Notes under the pieces: model-generated
What the model saw: the letters and a program-made list of their open reading frames with translations, nothing else
What the model was told of the DNA's origin: nothing
The model's database searches: none
Made by a program: the position numbers and the translations under genes
Source: Octopus bimaculoides
Taxonomy: Eukaryota
Length of the DNA stretch: 56,954 bases
Assembly (NCBI RefSeq): GCF_001194135.2
Contig: NC_068984.1
Span: 49,353,946 to 49,410,899, forward strand
Direction of reading: 5' to 3'
Part shown: positions 23,851-37,685 of the stretch, piece by piece
How the letters are laid out: each line of letters starts with the position of its first letter
Position numbering within the stretch: position 1 is the stretch's first letter

Positions 23851-24129
23851 CACGATCGTCATACATATATTCCAATTATACCAATCACCACTCCTATGAC
23901 AATTATATCACCACTAGCTTCACCTAGAACTACCATTCTTTTATTATCACGTCATATTGCCTTTGAAACCATACTTGTTCGCACCCACAATTATGTATCT
24001 ACTAGACATCTGTTGATACATACAGCATTATACAACATACATTTGCATATAAACAGACACACAGTGCTTGTATATATACACATCGACAGTGAGAGTCATG
24101 CACAGATGCACATTTACACAAACACATGC

Positions 24130-24288
24130 GCAAGCATTGAAGAGAAAGAGATTGAAAGAGAAAGAGATAAAATGACAGAGAAAGGAGAGGAGAGAAGAAT
24201 TGATGAAAAGTGAAGTGGGAAAGTGTGAGAGAGAGAAGGGGGATTGAATCATAGAGTGAAAGTTCATGAAAAATAGAAAAAGTGACAG

Positions 24289-24329
<41 letters not shown>

Positions 24330-24653
24330 GTAAAATAAGAAGAGAATGAAAATATAAGATAGCATGAGAAAGTTAAGAAATATGAGACACACACACACAC
24401 AAATTAATGAGAGAAGAAGGGATAATTAGAAAGAAAGAAAGAAACGGAGAAAAGACAGAAAAAATGGTAATAAGGAGAGAATGAGGGGGAGGGAGAGAGA
24501 GAGACAGACAGACAGACAAAAACAGAGAAGGGAGAACAATAAGAAGAGACAGATAAAGTTTGGAAGAAAAAGGATAAAAAATATAAAGCAACAGAAAGTG
24601 AGAGACTGACAGGTTAACTCAGAGAGTAAAAGAGAGAGAGAGAGAGAGAGGGA

Positions 24654-24685
<32 letters not shown>

Positions 24686-25140
24686 CAAAGAAACAAAGAG
24701 AGCAATAGAGAGAGAAAGGAAATCAGAAAAAGATAAATGAATAGCGATAGAAAAAAGAGTGGTAAAGTTAGAAAGAGAATTAAGGAGAGATATGGAAAAA
24801 TGAGAGCGACAAAGAGGAGAACGACAGAGAAAGATAGACAAAAACATCAAGTGCGTGATAGGAGAGAGAGAGAAGATATAGTAGTAGTTGAGAAATAGAA
24901 TGAAATAGTGGTAAATAGTGATAGAAAGAGAAAAGTGAAGAAGCAAATTCTGAATAAATGAAGGTTGAAAGAAGATAGAAAAATTAAGAGAGAGAATGAG
25001 GTGAGAAAGAGTTGAGAAGGAGAGAGGGGAGGCAGAGAAGTGGAAAGGGAGAGAGGGGGAAGAAAAAGGAGGAGGAAGAGAAAAGGAGAGTGAGAGAAGG
25101 CAGAGAAAGGGAGGGAGTGAGAGAGGAGGAGATAGATGGT
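24130..25140. repeat. Purine-rich (GA/GAAA) low-complexity tract
   Basis: Direct reading; the Leu/Ser/Phe-rich minus-strand ORFs are artefacts. Confidence 0.9.
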
Positions 25141-25974
25141 CAACTGAGATGCGCAGTGGATTTGAACTGACCAACCATGTACTTGCAATAATTTAAATTT
25201 TCTGGACTATTAATCTCATTTTCATAACTTTGTCTTTAATGTTACTTGTTTCAATTTGTCCAATCTTCATTGCTTCAAAAATTCGGTATTAATCACAAAA
25301 AAAAATTACATGAGAGATGAGTTTAATAGTACAGAAAATGTAAATTATTGACACAATCACTAATTTCAGGAATATTGACACATTAGTTCCAAGTTCAATA
25401 TTGAATCCATTTTGGATCATTTTGCCACAGTTTTTACTATACTGGAGAATTTATTAATCAGAGACGAAGATTCAGAATTATGGGAAATTGTAGAAGTAAA
25501 CTGTGACACTGATAACTTTCTATTGCCCATTAATGTAGTGACTAATTCCAATTAGAATCTCAATGTCAATAGCTTCAGGGGAGAAAATAAACTGTAATCA
25601 AGTCAAAATAGAAGCCTCTATATAGTAGATTTACATGCTAGAAATAACAACGAAATCTCCCACAAATCACACCCTACTGATTTACTAAGAAAAGGAAATA
25701 TTTTGAATAATGTAGTCCTGGATACATTATACTGGAAACAAAGTAAAAATTGTGACAATTTCAAAGGAGTTTGGTTACACGCTCACTCTATCAGAGCAGA
25801 TCTAAGACTAGGAACAATAACAACTTTACTTGAGATATTGGTAATGAGGTTGTTAGGACGCTAGTTGGCATGAATAGAGTGCATTTCCTAAGAATGGGAC
25901 TTACTGTAGCTTCACTATAAAGATTGAAATATATCTCTGGAAAGAGAGACGGGAGGGAATGATGGAGAGAGAGA

Positions 25975-26010
<36 letters not shown>

Positions 26011-27357
26011 GAAGAGTTTTATGAAGACAGAGATTAGTTCTGGGGGAACATTGTTAATGCTGGCACATTGTTAGGACTGGTGGACATTTTTGTTTGAAGC
26101 GACTAGGACTTTAGTGCATAACGTAAACGTATGCAATGCAGTAAGCCTTGAGGAGATTTTTCTTGTATGGTGTGAGGAGTTAAATGCAAAGAAGTAAGTG
26201 GGTGTTTGAGAAAAGATTTATGGGAGTACTTAGATCAATCTTTGGATGAATAATCATTTTGAACACCTGGGTATGGGGACTCCTGTATGCCTTCCCGGTT
26301 CAATAATTTAGAGCTAACAGTTCTAAATTTTTTTAATTTTCAGACAATCAATCAATCGATTGATTAAATTTAACAATGGACACACCCAAACGCATATCTG
26401 AAACACTTATAAGCCTCTAATAAAAAATGTATATAACCCATTATTCCTATCTATTATGTGTGTGTGTCATAAACCAGTGTTTTACTGATGCAGTTTGACA
26501 TGGCGTTAGTGCCACACACTCTGTTTTGTTCCCGTTCAATAATGATAATTCTCGAAAAGCGAATCAACTTCGTTTGTTTCTGGATGCAATCACCAAGTAA
26601 ATCTGAAAAACGGCAAGTCGGATAGGACATGATTCGATTATCAACTACATTCCACAAAGCCACATAAGCTTTAAGAGAGTGTGTAATATTCTTTTACGTG
26701 TATAAAACCTAAGGATAGTAGGTTGAATCTGGCTCGTGGCAAGTTTATTCAGGCCTCTAGTTCAATTATATGTATAAGAAATTATCATAATTCTTTTAGA
26801 TTGCAAAATCCTTTGAGCAATTTTAGTAAGAAATTAAGCAGGATATGAAAAGTGCTGTTAATGAATGAGAATAAAGACGAAAGATACTGTATTTCATACA
26901 CAGGCTGATCCTGTAATATTTCAGGAAAAATTCTCCTTTTCAAATAGAAGAAAGAAAATAATGACTTTGGAGAAATGCATTTTTATTGGTAGATTATTCT
27001 AGCAGTGTTATAACGGAAGGCTGCCTTTTGTTACTCCACATTAGAAAGGCCAGTCGATAACACTTTTCTCCAATAGCTTTCTTTATTTTCTTTTTTCTAT
27101 TTAAAACGGATATTTTTTAACCGAACTATAATTGGATCATTAAATAAACTTTGTAAAGTAAAGTAATGCAATACTTTCCCCCCTTTGTTTTCATTTATTG
27201 ATGTCACCTTGCATATTTTGTTTGAATCCTCTCCTGCATTGATCAATGATCTTTTCAAGCATTTGTCTCATTTATACATACTGCAGTGCTTCAAGCAAGT
27301 TGCAATGCTGCAATACTAGTTTATTATATTTTATAATTTATATATATATATATATAT

Positions 27358-27810
27358 NNNNNNNNNNNNNNNNNNNNNNNNNNNNNNNNNNNNNNNNNNN
27401 NNNNNNNNNNNNNNNNNNNNNNNNNNNNNNNNNNNNNNNNNNNNNNNNNNNNNNNNNNNNNNNNNNNNNNNNNNNNNNNNNNNNNNNNNNNNNNNNNNNN
27501 NNNNNNNNNNNNNNNNNNNNNNNNNNNNNNNNNNNNNNNNNNNNNNNNNNNNNNNNNNNNNNNNNNNNNNNNNNNNNNNNNNNNNNNNNNNNNNNNNNNN
27601 NNNNNNNNNNNNNNNNNNNNNNNNNNNNNNNNNNNNNNNNNNNNNNNNNNNNNNNNNNNNNNNNNNNNNNNNNNNNNNNNNNNNNNNNNNNNNNNNNNNN
27701 NNNNNNNNNNNNNNNNNNNNNNNNNNNNNNNNNNNNNNNNNNNNNNNNNNNNNNNNNNNNNNNNNNNNNNNNNNNNNNNNNNNNNNNNNNNNNNNNNNNN
27801 NNNNNNNNNN
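27358..27810. other. Assembly gap; others at 4611-4648, 6040-6049, 34563-34769, 35323-35332, 48154-48462, 50724-50814, 51745-52327
   Basis: N runs, nearly all bordered by (TA)n, (GA)n or (TG)n. Confidence 1.
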
Positions 27811-30471
27811 NTATATATATATATATATATATATCATTAGCAACTATTCAGAACTGAAGGTCGAGTAGAATCGTGATTAACACCGGTTCAGATTAGACAA
27901 ATCAGTCCACTTTTGGGATTTCAATCAATGAAAGAGAAGCTTTTGAAGCTATATACTAAAACTGTGATCCATTTGCCCTTCACTTTAGTCTATATACACT
28001 AAAGAAGAGATGTTGTCTTTCAAATTTAAACACATATTCCACATAATCTACACAAATGGATTCTAGCGATATGAACGATATTAAAAGGGTTTTTCTTTTT
28101 CAGCTGAAACAGTGCAAGCTTTCCAACAATCATTGGTCTTCTCAAGAACTGCATGCATTCATTTGGAGAATTTTTGTCTCTAGTCACTTTCTTAGTACAT
28201 TTAATAGAACTGTGTATATACCCTATGGATGTGCTTTTCCCCAATACTTCTGCAAACGAAATTTGATAACAAATTATATTCTCTTCTTTATTGTGAATAA
28301 GTTGTTACAATGTATATTGACCCCTTTAACTGTTTACTTTGGCCTACATCAGGAATAGAGTTTTACGAATAATTGTTCCCATCCGGCCCATGATATATCT
28401 AGTTTGTGCTTCAATCTAGACCACAAGCGAAAACTGAAGCATTCGACCGGTTCACGCTGCAGGTTATTCGAGCAGAAATGCATGCTTGTGGTTTCTCAAC
28501 AATGATGAGTATAACAAATATAACTACAGTAACAATGAAAATAATAGAAATCTTATAAAAAGTTATCTATTTACTCATATGAAAACTCAAATGCAGCCTG
28601 AAGAGTAAGGATTTGCCGTTGATTATAAATATCTACAATGGGCTTGAATGAAAATGTTTCAGATGAGGTTCTGCTTACTACATATGTATAAGCAATGTAG
28701 TGAATTTAAATCTTTCGATAAACTGGGATTATCTTTGTAATTAAAAGACAAAATACTCGTTCGCCAGTTTTTTAAACTCTAAAAACAATTAAAGTAAATA
28801 ACTCCAATAATATCAGGAAATTTTTTTTTTAATTACACCGCACCTTCTCAGAAAAGAAACTACATATAGTTTCTAATAACTAAACTGAAAACAAATATTA
28901 ATTATTATACTAGACTACAAAATGACACAATAAATGAGAAACGAATGTATTTCATGGGAAACATTAAGCTGCTATATATCGTGCAAAAGAGAATATATTC
29001 CTGTTTTTTTAGGATGGGGTCATAACTTTAATTGAACAGACTTGTTATCAAAGGCGTTCAACTTATGACGCTTAGATCTTTTTTTGTTTTTCTTAAATCG
29101 CACAAACCTGTTACCAAAAACCTGTAACAATCGCACCGTTTTTTTCTCTTTAATATAAAATTTCTAAGACTACACTATCTAAAACAGTAAGGTTTAGAAA
29201 GGGCAGGATCTTTCCTCAGCAGTTTATGGCAATGTGATTCTCTAACGACTTTAAAGGCACTAGGATTAAAGCAAACATGATCTTTTACTTCGACAAAAGT
29301 CCGCGTATTTATAAGAAATGGGAAACGTTGTGTGGTTGACGCCTCTAGTAACATAAAGGAAAAGAATTCCCAACCACGAACTGATATCACTTTGCTATGT
29401 CGATTTATCGAGAAGCTCCTACTTTATAGTACTGAACTTGAAATTCACAAGGTCTGGGCTTTTTTGAAGGGAGTAAGAACGAGATGCTGAGACGTTTCTG
29501 TGTCAGTAAGTGTATACTAAAACAGAAGGTGGTCTCGAATTGTCAAGATTTAATTTCAAACTTCAAGAAAAAGTATTCAGTTTTTGTTTTCACGTTCAAA
29601 ACCATATGCTTTAAAGCATGGATACTAATGAGAAAAATGTAGACAGAACAAGAATTGCAGAGAGATGCACTTCTTAGGAGGAAACAGTGAACAAAGTTTC
29701 GGGTTTTTAAAGCTTCAAATCGTTAATAAGTAGGAAAAATATGCTATACTTTATGCGTTGAATGACTTTTTGCTCAGAAGAGCAAAAAATGTCGTTATAG
29801 AAGTAAAAGAGAAAGAAAGGAAACGCTAGGCATCCATGAGCCACCTACTCCATAATGGAGCAAAGTGCAAGATATCCATAGTAAAAATATAGTAAGTACA
29901 TAAAAATAATTATACATGAGTTTTCGACATACATTTTTACATATTGTATAAGATGTATAAGAACAATATTAATTTAACATGTGTTTAGATTTATTAGATT
30001 AAAAGTATTATTTTTACACGTGTGTCATTTCGATTAAAAGATTTTATACAGCGTTTTATTTGAGATGAATTTTGAGTGAAAGCTATTTATGCTATTGATT
30101 CATTTGCAATTAGTACATAATTCATTAAATGCATTTGACTGCATGTCTCAGCAAAGAAATACCGAAATTCAATGACATTTGTTTACATAGGTGAGGAATT
30201 CCTACCAAGCTTTGTCTAAGAATTAAGAGTAGACAAGTAATTGCCACGTCCATCGTCTCGTTCTGAGTAAGAAATATTATCTCTATTCAAAGAATAGAAA
30301 ACGTAAATAAAGCTCTGCATTTGAACTCGTTATGTGTAACCCTAAGCCACTGCTAATCTTGCAGACTCATTCGAACTTATTTAACTATTTTTTGTAAAAT
30401 TACAGGTAGGAAATTTTATATTTGTTGGTCGTTATTTTGAAAGAGGTCTGGTATTTATCAAAAATAAAGAT

Positions 30472-30686
30472 CATATTGGTTTCAAATTTTAGCATAAGGA
30501 CAGCAATTTCGAGGAGGGACAAGTCGCTTGCATCGACGCTGGTACTCAAGTGGCACTTATTTTGTAGACTCCTAGAGGCTGAAAGGCAACATCAACTTCG
30601 GCGGAATTTGAAATCCGAATATAGAGACAGACGAAATGCTACTAAGCATTTTGCCCAGCATGCCAACGATTCTACCGGCTCGCTGT
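30472..30686 (-). mobile_element. SINE family A (left arm of inverted pair)
   Basis: Family A tail, core and head on the minus strand. Confidence 0.85.
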
Positions 30687-30714
30687 CTAAGAAATAAAGA
30701 TAATATTTCATAAC

Positions 30715-30870
30715 ACAGCGAGCTGGCAAAATCGTTAGCACGCTGAGCAGAATACTGAGCGGCATTTCGTCCGTTCTGAGTTCAAATTCCACCAAAATCA
30801 ACTTTGCCTTTCATCTTTTCTGGGCCTATAAAATAAGTACCAGTTGAGTACTGGAGTTGAAACCAATATT
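30715..30870 (+). mobile_element. SINE family A (right arm of inverted pair)
   Basis: acagcgagctggcaaaatcgttagcacgc..gagttcaaattcc..tttgcctttcatc..ataagtaccagttgagtactgg. Confidence 0.85.
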
Positions 30871-31436
30871 AATATTTCATAAATTAGAAAAGTGAAGTGA
30901 GAAACTGGTTGACAGAACATCGGTGCACTATTTAGTTCGTCCTTCTTTATTCTGAATAAAAAGATAAGTACCAGTTACGTAGTATTGGCTCGATTCAATT
31001 GACTTTTACTGCTTTTCTGAAAATTGTGACTTTATACTAACGTTAAAAATCAATATTTTCATAAAGAAACTGTAGCAAAAAATGTTGTTTTTTTTTAAAT
31101 ATCGATGCACACAGCAACATCTGGATATACGTATATCACGAGGATATATATTTACATGTCTTCAAGTAATTGTATAGGAACGGATGAACGTCCCTTCAAT
31201 TCAAGCATACAGCCAGACCAGGCTTGTTATTAGATTAGAAAGCATATTTGTCATATGCGTACTTGCAGAAGAATATGTTTATATACATATATCACTGAAT
31301 TAATGTGTTTAAATATGTGCGAGAAATCTCTATAAATATATACATTTGTCGATGTGTGTGTGTGTGTGCACGTGCGTGTAAATGAGAATGGGAATTCGTT
31401 TAATTATGTTGATGCATATATCAATCTAATATTTAC

Positions 31437-31467
<31 letters not shown>

Positions 31468-31825
31468 CAGACAAACACAGGCACACACACACACACACAC
31501 ATAGATTATGTATAAAATTAAAGTTTAGATAGGAGACTTTAAAATGTATGTAAACCTTGTTTTGGGCATGTCCCTAGTAGTGTGCCTTGAGACCACGTTC
31601 ACTACTTACGGCTACCAGGCGTCACCCCCAGTACCGTACTTTAGTCGCAGCTTATAGTACATTCTATCTTCCCTTTCAATTCTTTAAAATATATATATAT
31701 ATACACAAGGACATCAACACATATTTATATCTCACTATTGTATGTATGTATGTATGTGTGTATGTATGTATGTATGTATGTATGTATGTATGTCATTATT
31801 CATTTTATGCCAGACAGACAAACAA

Positions 31826-31896
<71 letters not shown>

Positions 31897-33277
31897 TTAT
31901 AAGATAAATCGATTGAACAGAAAAGAGTGCAGGAATTTGCTCGATATCGATTCCTTGACCAACTGAATTCAAATTTAAGCAACGAGTCAATAAGCTACTA
32001 GACCATACGACCAGGTGTCGACAATTTGTATCTTATTACTACCTATGTAATTTGTTTATTTTGCTCAATGGTCTAGCCATCGATTATAAATATGTTTTAC
32101 GTAGTGGAATTTAATCAGAAATATCATTATAACATTAGCAGTTGCTCTGTCTGCTCATTTCACTAAGTTGGTGTTTTCATATGATCATGGGCCATGATAG
32201 AAGTGTTAAAAGCATGCACATTATTTCTTAATCTATCAGCTCCGTTCTAGAGTAGGCTCCAAAATGTTTAAATTGGCCAGTACTCAATTGGTAAAATGGC
32301 TTGGATACTATGTTAAGGCATCTACTTTGCTTTCAAGTGACATCCCTGTCAGAAATAGGCAGTTGGAGACCTCTCTGTAATGAAATTGCAATAACAGCTA
32401 AGTTAAGTGACAGTATATTTTAAATATGGAATATTTGATTACGACTAAATTCGACCACCAATACTTTTTATAAGTCAGAAATTACTCAGGTTGAAATAAA
32501 TATACTATACCCCATTGTTCGGGAAATAATTTAAAGACATATTACAGTGGTTTTCAATTTCGAGTTGCGAAAAGAAACTTTGAAATTAGCACTGCAATCG
32601 AACAAAACATATTTATACACAGCAATGAAGTTTAATTTGTGATGGAGCCTGCCTACCTAACTTTATTATAAGCTAGGTGGACTCAGCCAAAATGTTTTAA
32701 GTGTTACTACCAGCAATTTAACCATGATTAATTTAACACAGGCATTTCAATCAGCTGCTGTTTGTTCATACAAAAACGCTTTTAATATTTTCAAAAAACG
32801 TTACCTTACAAACCCAACTCTGAATATTTCACCCAGTCCTATCTACTCGAAACTGCAGGCCTCTGAATTTCAATTCCCTATGGACCCACTTTTTTATGTG
32901 TCTATTGAGGAGACATCCTTGCTGTAGACGCCGACATAACAAATATTCAAACTGAACCTCAACTCTTATCAGTCTGAGGGGAGACTGCAAATGTTAAGCT
33001 TACTGCCGCTCTTCCTTTGACTTATCTTTGAAAATGCAAGAGTGAAAAAGAAAAAAAAAAGAAAACTGTAACATATAACCTCTCTTGATATATATATTGA
33101 CATATTTCAATCTTGTTTCCATTTTAGTTCTGCCCAGATCAGACTTCAAAATCCTTGGCAGCTTTATGATCAGAATAAATGAACACTTTATCCACAGGAA
33201 TTCCTCGAAGTTAATAAGTAAGTTCTTGTTTTTTTTTCATGCATTTGTAAATATGTCTCTCCTTCACAGACACCCTC

Positions 33278-33370
<93 letters not shown>

Positions 33371-33974
33371 TTCTCTCAAACACACGCATGCACACATTCT
33401 GTATTTTTGTGTGTGTATTTGTATGTATATATATGTGTATGTACGTGTGTGTATGTGCGCATACTTTTTTTCTCTCTCCGTTTTTTTTCTTTCTCTCTTT
33501 CCATTTATTTGCTCTCCTCATTCAAGTGTAGGCTCGAAACGTCAAAGACTCTTTCATTTTTCCTGAGCATCAAACTAATACACTCTGTTGTTCCCTTATC
33601 TGTCTTTGTTTTGTTTTTTGTACAATTTTGAGAGACACACACACACATATATAAATTTGGTGTGTGTTACGTTCCATTACTTAATAAATAATAAAAATGT
33701 ATGGTAAATAAACAAACGACATAACAATACTGAGTGAACAACTGGACGGAAGACAAACACAGAAAGTCCTCAACTCTTCATCAGTTATCAACCAATTGGT
33801 AATACTCAGTTTCGCACCATTAATGATAAGCTTCTCGTATATTATATATATATATATAAGATAAGCTTACTTGGAAATGGATGTGTGGCATTCAATCATA
33901 TAATAATATAAATAATATATATATATATATGAATTACGAAATACGAAAACAGCTTGAAATACGAAGGCAAACTT

Positions 33975-34310
33975 GGGTATGCGAACAACGAGAGAAGCAA
34001 ATGGAAAACAAGACAAGTAACATGAAGAACGACCCTTCATCAGTTGTCGTCTGTTCATCTACTCCACATTTCGAGCAATTAACGACAATATGAGACTTCG
34101 AAAAACAGTTGCTTCCGCGAACCAAAATAAAATTTGGGATTTGCGGAGGGTCAAAGTTGGTAAGTAAAACAAGACAGTGGAGATATACAACAAACCAAGC
34201 GAAAACAAACATGGAGAGCCGTTAGGCCAGACGAGGTAACGTAGCGAACGCTGGAGGGATATTCTTTGACAAGAGAAAAGATAAGGGAGGAGATAGATAA
34301 GAATGCTGAA
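33975..34310 (-). repeat. Second copy of the 4690-4990 dispersed repeat
   Basis: By-eye alignment to the reverse complement of 4690-4990. Confidence 0.6.
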
Positions 34311-35116
34311 GGAAAAGAAAGATGGACGATAGTGATGTGTGAGCAACAAGAGAGAGTAAAGGAGGAGGAGGGTGAGAGAGAGAGAGAGAGAGGGACAGAC
34401 AGACAGACAGACAGATAGAAAACGGTGAAGGGGAGAAAAAAGAATTAGAGAAAGGATGAGAGAGAAAAACGAAAGGGGAAGAAGGGGAAAAAATTAGAGA
34501 AAGTAAGAGAGGGAAAACGGAAAGGGGGAGAGAGAGAACAGAACAGGGTAGAGTCATATATANNNNNNNNNNNNNNNNNNNNNNNNNNNNNNNNNNNNNN
34601 NNNNNNNNNNNNNNNNNNNNNNNNNNNNNNNNNNNNNNNNNNNNNNNNNNNNNNNNNNNNNNNNNNNNNNNNNNNNNNNNNNNNNNNNNNNNNNNNNNNN
34701 NNNNNNNNNNNNNNNNNNNNNNNNNNNNNNNNNNNNNNNNNNNNNNNNNNNNNNNNNNNNNNNNNNNNNATACAAAATGGGACAAGAATGCAAAACATCC
34801 AGACAGTTAGGTGATACAAGAAAGGGACAACAAAACATCCAGAGAGACGATACAAAGAAAACAAGGACAGGTCATTCGGAGTTTTCTTTCCTCAGTCGAG
34901 ATCCATATTATCTTTGCAATTTTGGCTGGTTATTCTCGATATTGCTCCAATCTGGCCAGCCCCAAGGAAAAACTAAGCTAAAAGCATTAGATTCCTTGGA
35001 AGAAAACAGCAAACGTATACAAAACAAGGACGGAAAAAAAACGAATAATGTTACACAAATACAATAAAAATAATAACAGGACATAACAAACAGATGTCTT
35101 TCGACTAAGGACGATT

Positions 35117-35281
35117 GTGCAGGAGTGGCTGTGTGGTATGAATCTTGCTTCCCAACCATTTGGTTCTGGGTTCAGTCCCTCTGTGCGGCGGCACATTGGG
35201 CAAGTGTTTTTCGCTATAGCCCCTAGCCGACCAAAGCTTTGTGAGTGGATATGGTAGACGGAATCTGAAAGAAGCCCGTTG

Positions 35282-35312
<31 letters not shown>

Positions 35313-35332
35313 ATTTGGGTGTNNNNNNNNNN

Positions 35333-35363
<31 letters not shown>

Positions 35364-35550
35364 ATTTGGGTGTCTGTGTGTCCCCCACCATCGTCGGTGT
35401 GTTTACGTCTCCGTAATTTTGCGGATTTGCATAAGAGACCGATAGAATAAGTACTAGGCTTACAAAGAATAAGTCCTGGAGTGGATTTACTCGACTAAAA
35501 GTGGTGCTCCAGCATTGCCGCTGTCAAATTACTGAAACAAGTGAAAGGAT
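35117..35550 (+). mobile_element. SINE family B, full length, gap in internal microsatellite
   Basis: Collinear with 9473-9896. Confidence 0.9.
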
Positions 35551-36399
35551 AATACACATTATTTCATTTTTGCTGAAAGCTGTGTATATCCGATTAAAGG
35601 AGTGTAATTGCATTGACTCTAGTGTGACTATCATAAATATTTTTTCAAGACCAGACGGTATAAAAGGTAAAATTGAATCCGGTAAAACATGACCTGGCAG
35701 TAAAGAAACTGATACTGGTTATTTTGGAACTAGGCTGTATGGTCTTATATTTTCAGGAAGAAGAAATCAAAACTTTGTGATATCCATACACTCCCCATGA
35801 AGGCTATAGCAATGTAACACGAATAAATTGTTTTTTGATATGCACTTGGTCAAAACTTATCTCTTTATCCGCATGCAAAACATCTTTTTTTTTTTTTTTC
35901 TGTGACCCCCAGCTTTTTACTTTACACCTAAGGTATGGACAGCCTTTTTTAAGAAGCGAGCTCATCATCAGACAGGCTGCACGTTTTTTTTTTTCTTCGT
36001 GAAATTAGGCGTGGCATACAGAAACTTCCGCAGGTGACACGTTGCCTATGACTGCTTTACACTGAAACAAATATGAATTTTTTTTTAGTGGATCCAAAAT
36101 CAATTTCTAGCAGACGACTTAAATATCATGTCGTTTATTCTAGTAACTTCAGCAGAAAGTAAAATGAAGTCGATTTCGGTATGACTTAAATTTAGAATGT
36201 AGCAGCACAAATTGATATTATAATACCTATAGCTGATTTATTTTTCAACTCATGTCATCCTAACCGAGCATACTTATGATCAAAAATATTCTAGCCTTGA
36301 ATATCCGGTCTTCTTTTCAAATAGGACCAAACTATCCAATATAAACTATCAAATAGGACTAAACTATATTTAGGACTAAACTATCCAATGAGTTTGTTT

Positions 36400-36643
36400 T
36401 TATTTACATTATTTACATTTGACGGATAATTGTCCTCATCTTGTTTGTTGTTGATACAATGTTCTGGCTGATATACCCTCCAGCATTCATCAGGTGTCTT
36501 GGGGAACTTTCGAATCTGGATTCTCATTCGTAAGGTATCTTTCGATGTTGTTGTTGTTATTATTATTCAGGTCACTGCCTGGAATCGAACTCGGAATCTT
36601 GGGGTTGGTAGCCCGCGCTCTTAACCACTACGCCATATGCCCG
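36400..36643 (-). mobile_element. tRNA-headed SINE family E with mutated hammerhead (36453-36498)
   Basis: Minus: gggcatatggcgtagtggttaagagcgcgggctaccaaccccaagattccgagttcgattcc..(AAT/AAC)n..gacacCTGATGAatgctggagggtatatcagccagaacattgtatc..tgtaaataatgtaaataa. Confidence 0.85.
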
Positions 36644-37049
36644 TTTGTGTTGTATCTTTAAAGACAATGGTGCATGATATGTAGAGTAAGTGGTTATTTC
36701 ATGTAGATTAAGTGATCAAATAGATATCCCCTCACATTTTTTTAAAGGACTTCAGTTTCAATCAATTTGCCACCCTTAGCGGGAACGAAAGCGACTTCTT
36801 ATATCAACGGTTATAAAGGAGTGAAGTCGATTGAATCGATCCTAGTACTTCGCTTTTGTTTGTGTTATCTATCCAGAAGCAAATCCATCTCGGTATGATT
36901 TGAACTGTTTCTGTCAAACTGCCACACTTCACGTTAGCTGTCAATGGGGTCTTCGACTACATGTCCACTTACTACCACTCCCTTTAAATGACCAGTCACT
37001 GAACAATAATCCACTTTATATTTTAAGAGTACGTTAAAGTATGGTACTG

Positions 37050-37144
37050 AACTACTACTACTACTACTATTACTACTACTATTACTACTACTACTGCTAC
37101 TGTTGCTGCTGCTTCTGCTGCTGTTGCTGCTGTAACAGTAGTCT

Positions 37145-37204
<60 letters not shown>

Positions 37205-37215
37205 ACTCACTCTTT
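37050..37215. repeat. Compound (TAC)n-(TGC)n-(CT)n microsatellite; other (AGT/TAC)n tracts at ~37360-37397, 39655-39710, 44122-44195
   Basis: Direct reading. Confidence 0.95.
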
Positions 37216-37358
37216 CTCTCGAATCCTCTCTTCATCTCCCTTTCCCTCTCCCTATCTATCTATTTATCTTATATTTCAATGATTTTCATCAGTAAACTTT
37301 GATATATAAACTTATATGTTGATCAAGGCTATTCAACATTATCATCGACAACAACTGT

Positions 37359-37396
<38 letters not shown>

Positions 37397-37685
37397 TAAC
37401 AACAGCATTGGGCTCAAGTTAAATTCACGAATCTTTAAAGCATTTCAGTAATAATATTATCAGAGTGGACAAGTGTGGCGTATGCTATACGAGAGCAGAA
37501 GGTGATAAATTATTCAATGTTTCTGATGTAGTAAACCATGATCGTGACCATTATTAACGCTAAGATATTGAATATATTTACTTTTCTTCTTTTCATTACG
37601 AACTTTGGTGGTTGTTGTTGCTACTGCTGCGTCTGCTGTTTAGACTCAGGTCATCTTTGATTTAGCATACCTTTGATCAAATGGG

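Noticed and set aside
28420-28605. ACCACAAGC..GCTTGTGGT inverted 9-mer and ATGATGA..CTGA (C/D-box-like)
   Set aside because: Short motifs expected by chance; no extended hairpin, terminal stem or recognisable antisense element.
29318-29335. GAAACGTTGTGT identical to the 3' end of the SINE hammerhead
   Set aside because: No upstream CUGANGA or stem II; chance match.
36318-36390. Short imperfect tandem (aggactaaactat); similar tcagaatagt.ttcaga repeat at ~40388-40456
   Set aside because: Ordinary local slippage duplications with no further structure.
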